A DNA stretch of 28,433 nt from a virus (lineage: Duplodnaviria; Caudoviricetes): positions 1 to 28,433 of IMG/VR virus record IMGVR_UViG_3300048856_000031; one strand, written 5' to 3'. Below the pieces are notes generated by a model. The model did not search any database, was not told where the DNA came from, and saw only the letters and a list, made by a program, of their open reading frames with translations. The position numbers and the translations under genes are program-made. Below are positions 8,287 to 15,396 of this stretch, piece after piece. Within the stretch, counting starts at the first letter, position 1. Every line of letters starts with the position of its first letter.

Positions 8287-9316
8287 AGCCCTGCGCGACG
8301 CCCTCGGCCAGATCATCGCGAACGAGCGTCGCGAGTGGCGCCGGGAGCGGGAACTGATCGAGGCGCAGGCCCGGACTGTCATTGCGGAACTGCGTGCGGA
8401 GAACGTGGCGCTGGTTGCCCGGATTGAAGACATGGTCACGGCGCGTCTTGCCACCCTTCGTGACGGCAAGGACGGCATCGATGGTCGTGACGGCAAGGAC
8501 GGTAAAGACGGCCGCGATGGATTGGACGGCAAGGACGGCGCTGACGGTGCTCCTGGCCGTGATGGAGCCGATGGCCGCGACGGCGTAGACGGTTCCCCTG
8601 GCGAGCGCGGTCCTCCCGGTGAGCGGGGAGCTGACGGTGAGCCGGGCAAGGATGGCCGCGACGGTATTGATGGCCGCGACGGGGTGGACGGGAAGCCTGG
8701 CCCTCCTGGCGAGCGCGGGCCGCAGGGTGAGCCTGGCGAACGCGGGGCACCAGGCGAGGCGGGCCGAGATGGTGCTGACGGGCGGGACGGCGCGGCCGGG
8801 CCTCCGGGCGATCGCGGCGAGCCTGGGCCGCCTGCTAAGCTTCCTGTCGTCCGTCAGTGGCGCGATGCCGTGCATTACGAGGGCGATGTCGTAACCCATG
8901 CGGGCTCAGTCTATCAGGCGCAGCGGGACACCGGGCGCGAGCCGCCGCACGAGGATTGGCTGTGCATCGCTCGGAGCGGCCGGGATGGTGCGGATGGCCG
9001 GTCTCTGAACATTCGCGGCACGTGGAGCGACACCGAGACCTATCGGTACCTCGATGTCGTGGCCTTCAACGGCGGTTCGTTCGTTGCGCGCAAAGACGAC
9101 CCCGGCCCGTGCCCGGGTGACGGGTGGCAGCTGCATGCGTCTCCCGGCAAGCGGGGGCAGCCTGGGGAGCCAGGGCGCCGCGGCGAGCCTGGCCCTCCGG
9201 GGTCGCCCCTGATCGAGGCGGCTGTTGATGAGGAGGGGCTGGTGACGCTCACCAATGCGGATAGGTCGAGTGTTTCGCTTGATCTGTATCCGCTGCTCAA
9301 CCGGATTGCTCGCTGA
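8273..9316 (+). CDS. Collagen-like virion protein with two CBM5/12-like modules (start uncertain: ATG 8192 or GTG 8273)
   Basis: N-terminal coiled coil, 41 uninterrupted Gly-X-Y triplets, then WRDAVHYEGDVVTHAGSVYQA and WSDTETYRYLDVVAFNGGSFVA modules. Confidence 0.85.
   Translation: MQLPEALRDALGQIIANERREWRRERELIEAQARTVIAELRAENVALVARIEDMVTARLATLRDGKDGIDGRDGKDGKDGRDGLDGKDGADGAPGRDGADGRDGVDGSPGERGPPGERGADGEPGKDGRDGIDGRDGVDGKPGPPGERGPQGEPGERGAPGEAGRDGADGRDGAAGPPGDRGEPGPPAKLPVVRQWRDAVHYEGDVVTHAGSVYQAQRDTGREPPHEDWLCIARSGRDGADGRSLNIRGTWSDTETYRYLDVVAFNGGSFVARKDDPGPCPGDGWQLHASPGKRGQPGEPGRRGEPGPPGSPLIEAAVDEEGLVTLTNADRSSVSLDLYPLLNRIAR
8465..8833 (+). repeat. Degenerate 9-bp coding repeat (Gly-X-Y x41)
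   Basis: Counted GKD GID GRD ... GEP GPP triplets without interruption. Confidence 0.9.
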
Positions 9317-9924
9317 TGCTTCGCGTTCTGACGCCAGCCACCAGCACGCGCCTGACGACAATCGGGGCCATTCGAGCACAGGTCACGGTTGGGAACGACG
9401 TAGATGACATCACGCTCGGCCAGTGGATTGATCAGGCGTCAGCGGCGATTGTCAGCCACTGCCGCCGCCGGTTCGCGCGTGAGACGGTTGAAGAGACCTT
9501 CCGGCGGCCACCCAACGGGCCTCTAGTTCTGGATCGCGCGCCACTGGTTGCAGCCCCGACCGTCAACGCAGACGGCCTGGATCTGCAGGACGATGATTTG
9601 GAGTACGACCTTGCGGCCGGCCTGATCTACCGCTTGCGCGGAGACGGACGTGGTGGGTGGTACAGCAGGGTATTAACAGTCACCTATACCGCCGGCTGGC
9701 GCCTCCCTGGTTCGTCAACTCCAGATCTGCCACCCGATATCGAGCATGCATGCCTGACCCTGGTGGCAGCACGCGCCGCAGGCATGGACCGGGATCCGAT
9801 GCTGCGTTCCCAGACGGTCGAGGGCGTCGGCTCTAGTTCCTGGATCGCTAGTGCGAACATGGGGTCTCTCCCCCCGCAGGTGGCCAGCCTCCTGGCTCCT
9901 TATGTCCGCTACGTGATGGGGTGA
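9316..9924 (+). CDS. Head-tail connector/adaptor (HK97 gp6/SPP1 gp15-like)
   Basis: IDQASAAIVSHCRRRF, VTYTAGW, LPPDIEHAC, LLAPY motifs; TGATG coupling. Confidence 0.85.
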   Translation: MLRVLTPATSTRLTTIGAIRAQVTVGNDVDDITLGQWIDQASAAIVSHCRRRFARETVEETFRRPPNGPLVLDRAPLVAAPTVNADGLDLQDDDLEYDLAAGLIYRLRGDGRGGWYSRVLTVTYTAGWRLPGSSTPDLPPDIEHACLTLVAARAAGMDRDPMLRSQTVEGVGSSSWIASANMGSLPPQVASLLAPYVRYVMG

Positions 9925-10256
9925 CCATGAGCCATCTGCTCGCCGGCCGCCGGCGCATGATCCTCTCCCGGGGGCGGATGATGACCCTTCGCCGCGAAGG
10001 CACCCCGCCGCTCAGCGTCGATCTGATCGGCTTCCTGCGCGGCTTCCGCCCGGACGAGATCAAAGGTGGAGTGGTGCAGGGGGACCAGCAGGTAGAGATC
10101 TTGACCGATGAACTGGAGGATGCGGGCTGGCCTGACGCGCCGGAGCGCCCTGATCGTCTGATGTTCGACGGCACCACCACCACCGTGCAGGGCGCGCGTC
10201 CTGTCTATGACGGCGCGCTTCGGATTGGCTGGAGCCTCTGGGTGCGCGGCTCGTGA
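9921..10256 (+). CDS. Putative head closure / head-tail joining protein
   Basis: 111 aa, beta-rich, GRMMTLRR and GGVVQGDQQV; position after the connector; GTGA overlaps at both ends. Confidence 0.7.
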   Translation: MTMSHLLAGRRRMILSRGRMMTLRREGTPPLSVDLIGFLRGFRPDEIKGGVVQGDQQVEILTDELEDAGWPDAPERPDRLMFDGTTTTVQGARPVYDGALRIGWSLWVRGS

Positions 10257-10669
10257 GCCCCGAAGTGTGGGCCGACGCCGAGCGGCTGATCCGTGCTGGC
10301 GTCGCCGAAATGGCGCAACCGGTGGCGGTCGCTTGGCCCAACGAGCGCTTCAAGGAGCCGAGCCCGCCAGCGCCTTTCCTGGCAGTCGAGGGGATGGGTG
10401 ACGGTGCCGAGCCCTACGAGATCCAGGACGGTGTCTGGGTCGAGGAAGGAGCCGTGATGGTCCACATCACTGTCCCTACGGGCGGAGGCGTTTCTGCCGG
10501 GCTGGCCCTGCGGAAGGAAGTCGCCAGCTGGTTCCGAGGGTTGCCCGCGCGCCCCGTCGTCTACGAGCGGTTCGTCATGGACCCCGGCGGCGCGGATGAG
10601 GACGGCAACTGGTACCGCCTCGGGCTGCGCGTCCTCTACCGCTACCAGGATTTCGCTCAACCCGCCTGA
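10253..10669 (+). CDS. Putative tail terminator protein
   Basis: VAWPNERF..P, EEGAVMVHITVPTGGG, NWYRLGLRVLY pattern; size and position before the tail tube. Confidence 0.75.
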   Translation: MSPEVWADAERLIRAGVAEMAQPVAVAWPNERFKEPSPPAPFLAVEGMGDGAEPYEIQDGVWVEEGAVMVHITVPTGGGVSAGLALRKEVASWFRGLPARPVVYERFVMDPGGADEDGNWYRLGLRVLYRYQDFAQPA

Positions 10670-10679
10670 GGAGGCCCAG

Positions 10680-10862
10680 ATGAGCAAGACAAGCAGCACC
10701 ACCTTTGTGGTGCGCGACGCCGACGGCAAGAAGGCCGGCGAGCAGACCGTGGACGAGGCATTCACCCCTGTTCTGGTAGCCGGGCAGACCGCTGAGGTGA
10801 AGGAGCCGGAGAAGCCGAAGCCGGCCGAGAAGCCGACGGTGCAGGACAAGCCGGCAGGCTGA
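10680..10862 (+). CDS. Small Lys/Pro/Glu-rich hypothetical protein, 60 aa
   Basis: GAGGAGG SD before ATG 10680; fills the gap between terminator and tail tube genes. Confidence 0.7.
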   Translation: MSKTSSTTFVVRDADGKKAGEQTVDEAFTPVLVAGQTAEVKEPEKPKPAEKPTVQDKPAG

Positions 10863-10885
10863 GCGCCGCCACATCCGATTTCAAC

Positions 10886-10922
10886 AGGGCGCCTTCGGGC
10901 GCCCTTTCATAAGAAAGGGCGC
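10886..10922 (+). promoter_or_regulatory. Two mutually exclusive hairpins upstream of the tail tube gene
   Basis: AGGGCGCC-TTCG-GGCGCCCT (10886-10905) versus GCGCCCTTTC-ATAA-GAAAGGGCGC (10899-10922), the second covering the SD. Confidence 0.65.
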
Positions 10923-10926
10923 GGCG

Positions 10927-11880
10927 ATGACCGCCACCACGAACTACCAGGCCGGTGTTGAAAGCACCTTTGCGCAACTGGGCTACATGCAGGAGGCCGC
11001 TTACGGCGTGCCTCCCACTGGCGCCTATAAGCGCCTGCGGTTCACCAGCGAAACGCTGACTGGTAACAAGGCCCGCCAGCGCACGGGCGAGATCAATGGC
11101 ACGCGAGAGGCAGCCGAGGCAGTCACCACCGAGGAGAGCGCTTCCGGCGCCCTCAACTTCGGCCTGTCCTACGGTGCCTATGATGACATTCTCTCCGCGA
11201 TCCTGGGAGGAGAGTGGGCGACCAATGTCCTGAAGCCGGGTCTGGTCTTCAAGAGCTTCACGGTCGAGAAGCGGTTCAGTCCGACACTGTTCCTCCGCTA
11301 CCCGGGCTTGTTCTTCACTGGCGCCAACCTCACCATGGCGCGGGGCCAGTTCTTGTCGATGAGCTGCAACGCCATCGCCAAGGAAGAGAAGAACTTCGCT
11401 GCAAGCCTCAGTACAGGCGGCAACTATACCGCCGCGACCACTGGTCGCATCATGGACCCGGTGGGGGGTGTGCGGGACATCCAGCTGAACGGCTCCGCTA
11501 TCGCCGCCGTGGTGAACAGCATCAATCTGAGCATCTCCAACGATGGGGCGGCGGCAGATTACGGCCTTGGGTCCGCAGCAGCGCAGGGGATGCGCATGGG
11601 CACGCTGACCGTCGGCGGCCGCATCGAGATGTATTTCCGGGACTTCGTCATGTACGAGCGCTTCAAGAGCGAAGCCCGTGGTGCGCTGTCCTGGAAGACG
11701 ATCGATGCGGACGGAAATGCCTACCAGTGGGCGATTTCCCAAGCCGGCATCATGAACCCCAGCATCACTGCTGGTGGTGTGAACCAGCCCGTGATGGCGT
11801 CCTTCGACCTTGAAGGTAACCCCGACGAGGCCAACGGCACCATCAGCATCACTCGAATTCCGGTTGCCCCGGGCCCGTGA
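10927..11880 (+). CDS. Major tail tube protein
   Basis: EAAYGVPP..YKRLRFTSETL, SFTVEK, GTLTVGGRIEMYF motifs; 317 aa; upstream of the chaperone. Confidence 0.88.
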   Translation: MTATTNYQAGVESTFAQLGYMQEAAYGVPPTGAYKRLRFTSETLTGNKARQRTGEINGTREAAEAVTTEESASGALNFGLSYGAYDDILSAILGGEWATNVLKPGLVFKSFTVEKRFSPTLFLRYPGLFFTGANLTMARGQFLSMSCNAIAKEEKNFAASLSTGGNYTAATTGRIMDPVGGVRDIQLNGSAIAAVVNSINLSISNDGAAADYGLGSAAAQGMRMGTLTVGGRIEMYFRDFVMYERFKSEARGALSWKTIDADGNAYQWAISQAGIMNPSITAGGVNQPVMASFDLEGNPDEANGTISITRIPVAPGP

Positions 11881-11999
11881 TCGCCTGCCGGTGCCGCGGC
11901 GCCGGTGAGCGTAGGGGCCGGCCGTAGCTGCGGGGCGCGGCCGGCCTCGTCTTCCTTCCCCCGCAATCCCGCACCTTCCCGCAGAGGAATAACTCAGTC

Positions 12000-12410
12000 A
12001 TGGCAAAGATTTCTGCCTTCAAGACCAATTCGAAGGCTATCAACGAGGGCGAGTGGATCAAGGTCGGTGACGAGTTCGACGACCTGGAGATCCACACGCG
12101 CGGCTTCACCGATGCCTACTACGACGCTCAGGCCCGCCGCCAGCGTCGTGCAGCCATTCCGCTGAATGGTGACGTGTCCAAGCTGAGCAACGCCCAGCGC
12201 CGCGCCATCAACACGGAAGTCCTGATCGAGCACGTGGTCCTCGGTGTTCGGAACCTGCACCACGACGATGGCCGCGATGTCAGCTTCGCTGAGTTCCAGG
12301 ACATGCTACGGGACCCTGACTACGCCGAGCTGCTGCTTGCCTGCTACCGGGCGGCGGGCCAGGTCGGGATGCGCCGCGCTGGTGACCTTGAGGAGGCGGT
12401 GGGAAACTAA
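12000..12410 (+). CDS. Tail assembly chaperone (lambda G analogue)
   Basis: AINEGEWI motif, 136 aa, directly after the tail tube, ends ...VGN* on a slippery heptamer. Confidence 0.85.
   Translation: MAKISAFKTNSKAINEGEWIKVGDEFDDLEIHTRGFTDAYYDAQARRQRRAAIPLNGDVSKLSNAQRRAINTEVLIEHVVLGVRNLHHDDGRDVSFAEFQDMLRDPDYAELLLACYRAAGQVGMRRAGDLEEAVGN
12401..12407 (+). other. Programmed -1 ribosomal frameshift site G GGA AAC
   Basis: X XXY YYZ heptamer in the correct phase just before TAA 12408-12410; the -1 frame is open to 12766. Confidence 0.85.
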
Positions 12411-12766
12411 GGCCCGCCCTCAGGCAGGCGCTGGAGTGGGGCCGATACAAGGAAATCTTGGCGGACCTGCCGGATGAGGAGAAGCCTCCGTCCCCGGACT
12501 TGGATGACTGGCTGATCTGGGTCTGGCGTGCCTGGCACAGGCTGCATGACGAGCGGCCCTATACCGTCACCGGCTTCGGCGCCCCCATGGGCGGGATGAT
12601 GATCAAGAGCGCGCCAGGCCGGATAACGTGGTCGTCGATCAGGAACTGGTGCGAGCATCACCACTATTCAGGCGAGGATGCGATGTTCCTTGAGCGGTGT
12701 CTTGCCGCAATGGACGACGAATACCTCTTGTGGTGGGGGGCGCAGCAGCAAAGGGGGCGGCGATGA
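12407..12766 (+). CDS. Frameshift extension of the tail assembly chaperone (lambda T analogue; fusion about 255 aa)
   Basis: -1 frame reads LRPALRQALEWGRYKEILADLP...WVWRAWHRLHDERP...ITWSSI...MDDEYL; no good independent start. Confidence 0.82.
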   Translation, partial: LRPALRQALEWGRYKEILADLPDEEKPPSPDLDDWLIWVWRAWHRLHDERPYTVTGFGAPMGGMMIKSAPGRITWSSIRNWCEHHHYSGEDAMFLERCLAAMDDEYLLWWGAQQQRGRR

Positions 12767-13449
12767 GCGCATCCGTATTCCGCGCTCAGGCCGACGTGTT
12801 CCTCAGCCGCCACATGGCTCCGGAAGTACAATCCCGCTTGCTGGCCGAGACTGCAATCAAGGGGCGCGAGGAGCTTATCCGGAGCGGCCGTGCTCCAAAC
12901 GCGTACGCCACCTTTGTGGATGGCGAGGAAGGCGTTCCGGAGGCACGGGTAAGTCCGGACGGCGTGATCGCCTACCGCTTTGTGCGCATCGGTGAAGCGG
13001 CAGCCTTCGCCATGAGCTATCTGGTCACCCGGTCACCTGTCGCGAGCGGGCGGTTCCGTTCCAGTTTCGTCTATGCTGTGGGTCAGCATGGCTGGCGGCA
13101 GAGGCGCAGGAAGCCAACGGCAGCCAATTTCTACAACGTCAACCGCATCATCCGGCCGGCGAGCTTTGACCCATCTAAAGTCACGGATGACGTGGACGAG
13201 ATCCTGATCTTCAACACCCAGCCGTACTCGCGGAAGGTGGATGTCCAGCTCGCCGGCAACCGGAGGATACGCTTCTCTGTGCCCGCTGACGCGCTGGATG
13301 AGGCGGCCATCGCTGTCCGGCGGCGGTTCCCGGACCTGGACGCCCGCCGCATCTACACCGTCCGCTTTTCCTGGCAGTACAAGCTCAAGACAGGCAGCAA
13401 GGCGGGGCGCCCGGTGGAGAACCCCGCGCTGGTGATCAGCGTGAGGTGA
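12763..13449 (+). CDS. Putative neck/tail-completion protein (HK97 gp10-like)
   Basis: SPVASGRFRSSF and IFNTQPYSRKV motifs; ATGA overlap at 12763-12766. Confidence 0.65.
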   Translation: MSASVFRAQADVFLSRHMAPEVQSRLLAETAIKGREELIRSGRAPNAYATFVDGEEGVPEARVSPDGVIAYRFVRIGEAAAFAMSYLVTRSPVASGRFRSSFVYAVGQHGWRQRRRKPTAANFYNVNRIIRPASFDPSKVTDDVDEILIFNTQPYSRKVDVQLAGNRRIRFSVPADALDEAAIAVRRRFPDLDARRIYTVRFSWQYKLKTGSKAGRPVENPALVISVR

Positions 13450-13468
13450 TGGTTGGATCGGTGCGCGG

Positions 13469-13717
13469 CTAGGGTGCAGGGTTGGTGTCAATATTGCGCG
13501 GGATCAGAGCCTTGCGGATGCCCCGAAGCTCCTGCAGGACCGCAGCCATCCACGCCAGAACGACGCCAGCCATGATCAGGCCGCCGCCCTGCGCAATCGA
13601 GAACAGTAGCGCCAAGCCCCGACCCGGCCCCTCGGGGACTGAAGCAACCATGACGATCAGCGATATGCCGAGCAGAACGCTACCGACGGACAATAGACCG
13701 AGAATTGTGCGTATCAC
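13469..13717 (-). CDS. Small inner-membrane protein with two hydrophobic helices, 82 aa
   Basis: ILGLLSVGSVLLGISLIVMVA and LALLFSIAQGGGLIMAGVVLAWMAAVL; AGGA SD before GTG. Confidence 0.7.
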   Translation of the reverse strand: MIRTILGLLSVGSVLLGISLIVMVASVPEGPGRGLALLFSIAQGGGLIMAGVVLAWMAAVLQELRGIRKALIPRNIDTNPAP

Positions 13718-13759
13718 GGGAAATCCTACTGAAGGGTGGCCGAACGGAGGTCTTGGTGC

Positions 13760-14416
13760 TTACAGCCCGTACGCCCGGTAGCACCCGGCGCGGGCCTGTT
13801 CTTCGGCAGATGCCGAAGCTATGGCGCCAGTCAGGGCTGAGCCCAGGATGCCAGCGCGGGGCGAATACGGCGTGTAGATGCCAGCGCCAACAGACGAGGC
13901 CTGAGCATCACAGGCAGCGCGAGCGGCGTTGGCGCGAGCCATGCGGTCATTCTGGTCTTGCTGGGCTAGCCGAGAGCGGCGACGGGCTTCAACCGCATCT
14001 GAGAGCCGGGCCTCTTCGGCAGCGATACGCTGCTCTCTGGCCTGCGCCTGGGCGGCAAGGTTGCGACGGCCAGTTGGGGCAGGGGCTTCTTCTACATCGA
14101 CGTTGGCCACGGCTGCGCGACGCAGGGCCGCCATGTAGTCGGGGGAGCCGGTAAAAGCGCGCTCAAGTAGCGCATCTTCGCGGTCGCGTTTGATGCGTTC
14201 CACTTCCATTTTCTGCCGGTCTGCTTCGGCCTTCAGGCGTTCCTCTTGTGTCGGTGGAGGGCTAATGGGACGGCCAGTGAAAAGCTCTGGGTTGCTAATT
14301 CGAAGCGCGGCGGTGCGTCGATCGAATTCCTCAATAGAGCCCCCAGGGGGCTGATAGGTCCCGCCGGCTGCGCAGCCGGCAAGAGCCAGGGCTACTACTA
14401 AGGCGAAAGAACGCAT
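13760..14416 (-). CDS. Lipoprotein with coiled-coil body, 218 aa
   Basis: MRSFALVVALALAGC lipobox; GGAG SD; long helical charged region; C-terminal Cys pair. Confidence 0.78.
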   Translation of the reverse strand: MRSFALVVALALAGCAAGGTYQPPGGSIEEFDRRTAALRISNPELFTGRPISPPPTQEERLKAEADRQKMEVERIKRDREDALLERAFTGSPDYMAALRRAAVANVDVEEAPAPTGRRNLAAQAQAREQRIAAEEARLSDAVEARRRSRLAQQDQNDRMARANAARAACDAQASSVGAGIYTPYSPRAGILGSALTGAIASASAEEQARAGCYRAYGL

Positions 14417-14479
14417 CCGACCGCTCCGCTTGCACTCCGCGCAATCTAGACGAAACGGAAGCGTGACGAGAAGGGGGCG

Positions 14480-14995
14480 TCAGAAGGGGATGTCGTCGTC
14501 ATCGTCAAGTTCCAGCTTTCTGCCTGCCCGTGTTGGGGATCGCTTTTCACTCTCCTGAACCGTTTTCCAGCGGTGGACATATCCCTGATCATCCGCCTCG
14601 CCGGTGAACAGGCTGCCATCTCGAAGCATCTTTCCCATGTCGTTCTGCCGCATGCGGAACATGACCTCATTGTCCCTAATCATCACGTCATGAACCAGCG
14701 AGTGAGGAACCAGAACATCCCGGGCAAGCACCCTGAAGTCTTTCTCGTGAGCGAAACGAGACTTTAGTTTGTGTAGAAGGTCCTCAACCGTATCTCTCAT
14801 CTCGAGAGCAGTATCTAGCAGACGGCGCACCGCTTCTACTTCAGAGGAAATGCCGCTTGAAACTTGATATGCCTTGATCCGCTCGACCTGTTCCGCCGGC
14901 AAAACATAGATCTTGCGTTCAGTGTCTGCGCCCTTGGGAGAGGGGTTCCGAGGTTCGGGCTGCAAGTCAGGTGGAAGCGGAGTACGTTTGGCCAT
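14480..14995 (-). CDS. Ribbon-helix-helix-like repressor (Mnt-like position) with SSB-like acidic tail, about 171 aa
   Basis: TERKIYVLPAEQVERIKAYQVSSGISSEVEAVRRLLDTAL fits strand-helix-helix; ends LELDDDDDIPF; start ATG 14995 (or 15031). Confidence 0.75.
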   Translation of the reverse strand: MAKRTPLPPDLQPEPRNPSPKGADTERKIYVLPAEQVERIKAYQVSSGISSEVEAVRRLLDTALEMRDTVEDLLHKLKSRFAHEKDFRVLARDVLVPHSLVHDVMIRDNEVMFRMRQNDMGKMLRDGSLFTGEADDQGYVHRWKTVQESEKRSPTRAGRKLELDDDDDIPF

Positions 14996-15085
14996 GAGGG
15001 CCTTGTCGCATACGTCGCCACCCAACGTCATCAGCCTTGCAGTATGCTTTTCGGTATGCCATCCTTCGCATAAGGAGGTGATGCG
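14996..15085. promoter_or_regulatory. Divergent promoter/operator region with four TATGC/GCATA boxes
   Basis: GCATAC 15008-15013, GTATGC 15042-15047 and 15054-15059, GCATA 15068-15072; TTGCAG-N17-CATCCT at 15037-15065. Confidence 0.55.
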
Positions 15086-15310
15086 ATGAGTATGGTTAAC
15101 GCGACTTACCGCCGTGGGGCGGAGGACAAGGCGCGAGTGATTATCGAGATGCCGAAGGGCGAGCTGGATGCGATAGACGGATGGGGTGTGCCGGCAGGAA
15201 TGCCTAGCCGGACTGCAACGATCCGGATGCTGATCCAGAAGGGGTTGGAGGCAGTTAGCTGCTCCGGAGCGGGCGGCGCGCAGACGGCGGGGAATTCCTT
15301 GGCGGGTTGA
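15086..15310 (+). CDS. Arc/CopG-like ribbon-helix-helix protein, 74 aa
   Basis: KARVIIEMPKGELDAIDGW...GMPSRTATIRMLIQKGLE; strong AAGGAGGTG SD; directly upstream of the antirepressor. Confidence 0.82.
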   Translation: MSMVNATYRRGAEDKARVIIEMPKGELDAIDGWGVPAGMPSRTATIRMLIQKGLEAVSCSGAGGAQTAGNSLAG

Positions 15311-15396
15311 ACCCGCCGTCTGCTGATACCACCACGGCCAAGGGCTGTTACCAGCAGCCTCAAGGCCATTCACCAATGATCTGGAGAGATCAGACC

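Noticed and set aside
8465-8833. Repeat tract as CRISPR array or non-coding VNTR
   Set aside because: Degenerate in-frame 9-bp units encoding Gly-X-Y, with no repeat-spacer structure
14480-14995. Calling this gene ssb because of the DDDIPF tail
   Set aside because: No OB-fold motifs; the N-terminus fits a ribbon-helix-helix
14480-15310. Toxin-antitoxin reading of the two RHH genes
   Set aside because: The genes are divergent, no toxin fold (RelE/ParE, PIN, HicA) is recognisable, and the adjacent KilA-N gene fits an immI-like layout better; not fully excluded for the unassigned middle domain
14996-15376. N-terminal 127 aa of the listed 298-aa ORF 14480..15376
   Set aside because: Overlaps the Arc-like gene on the other strand and the divergent promoter; protein-like sequence starts near MAKRT (14995)
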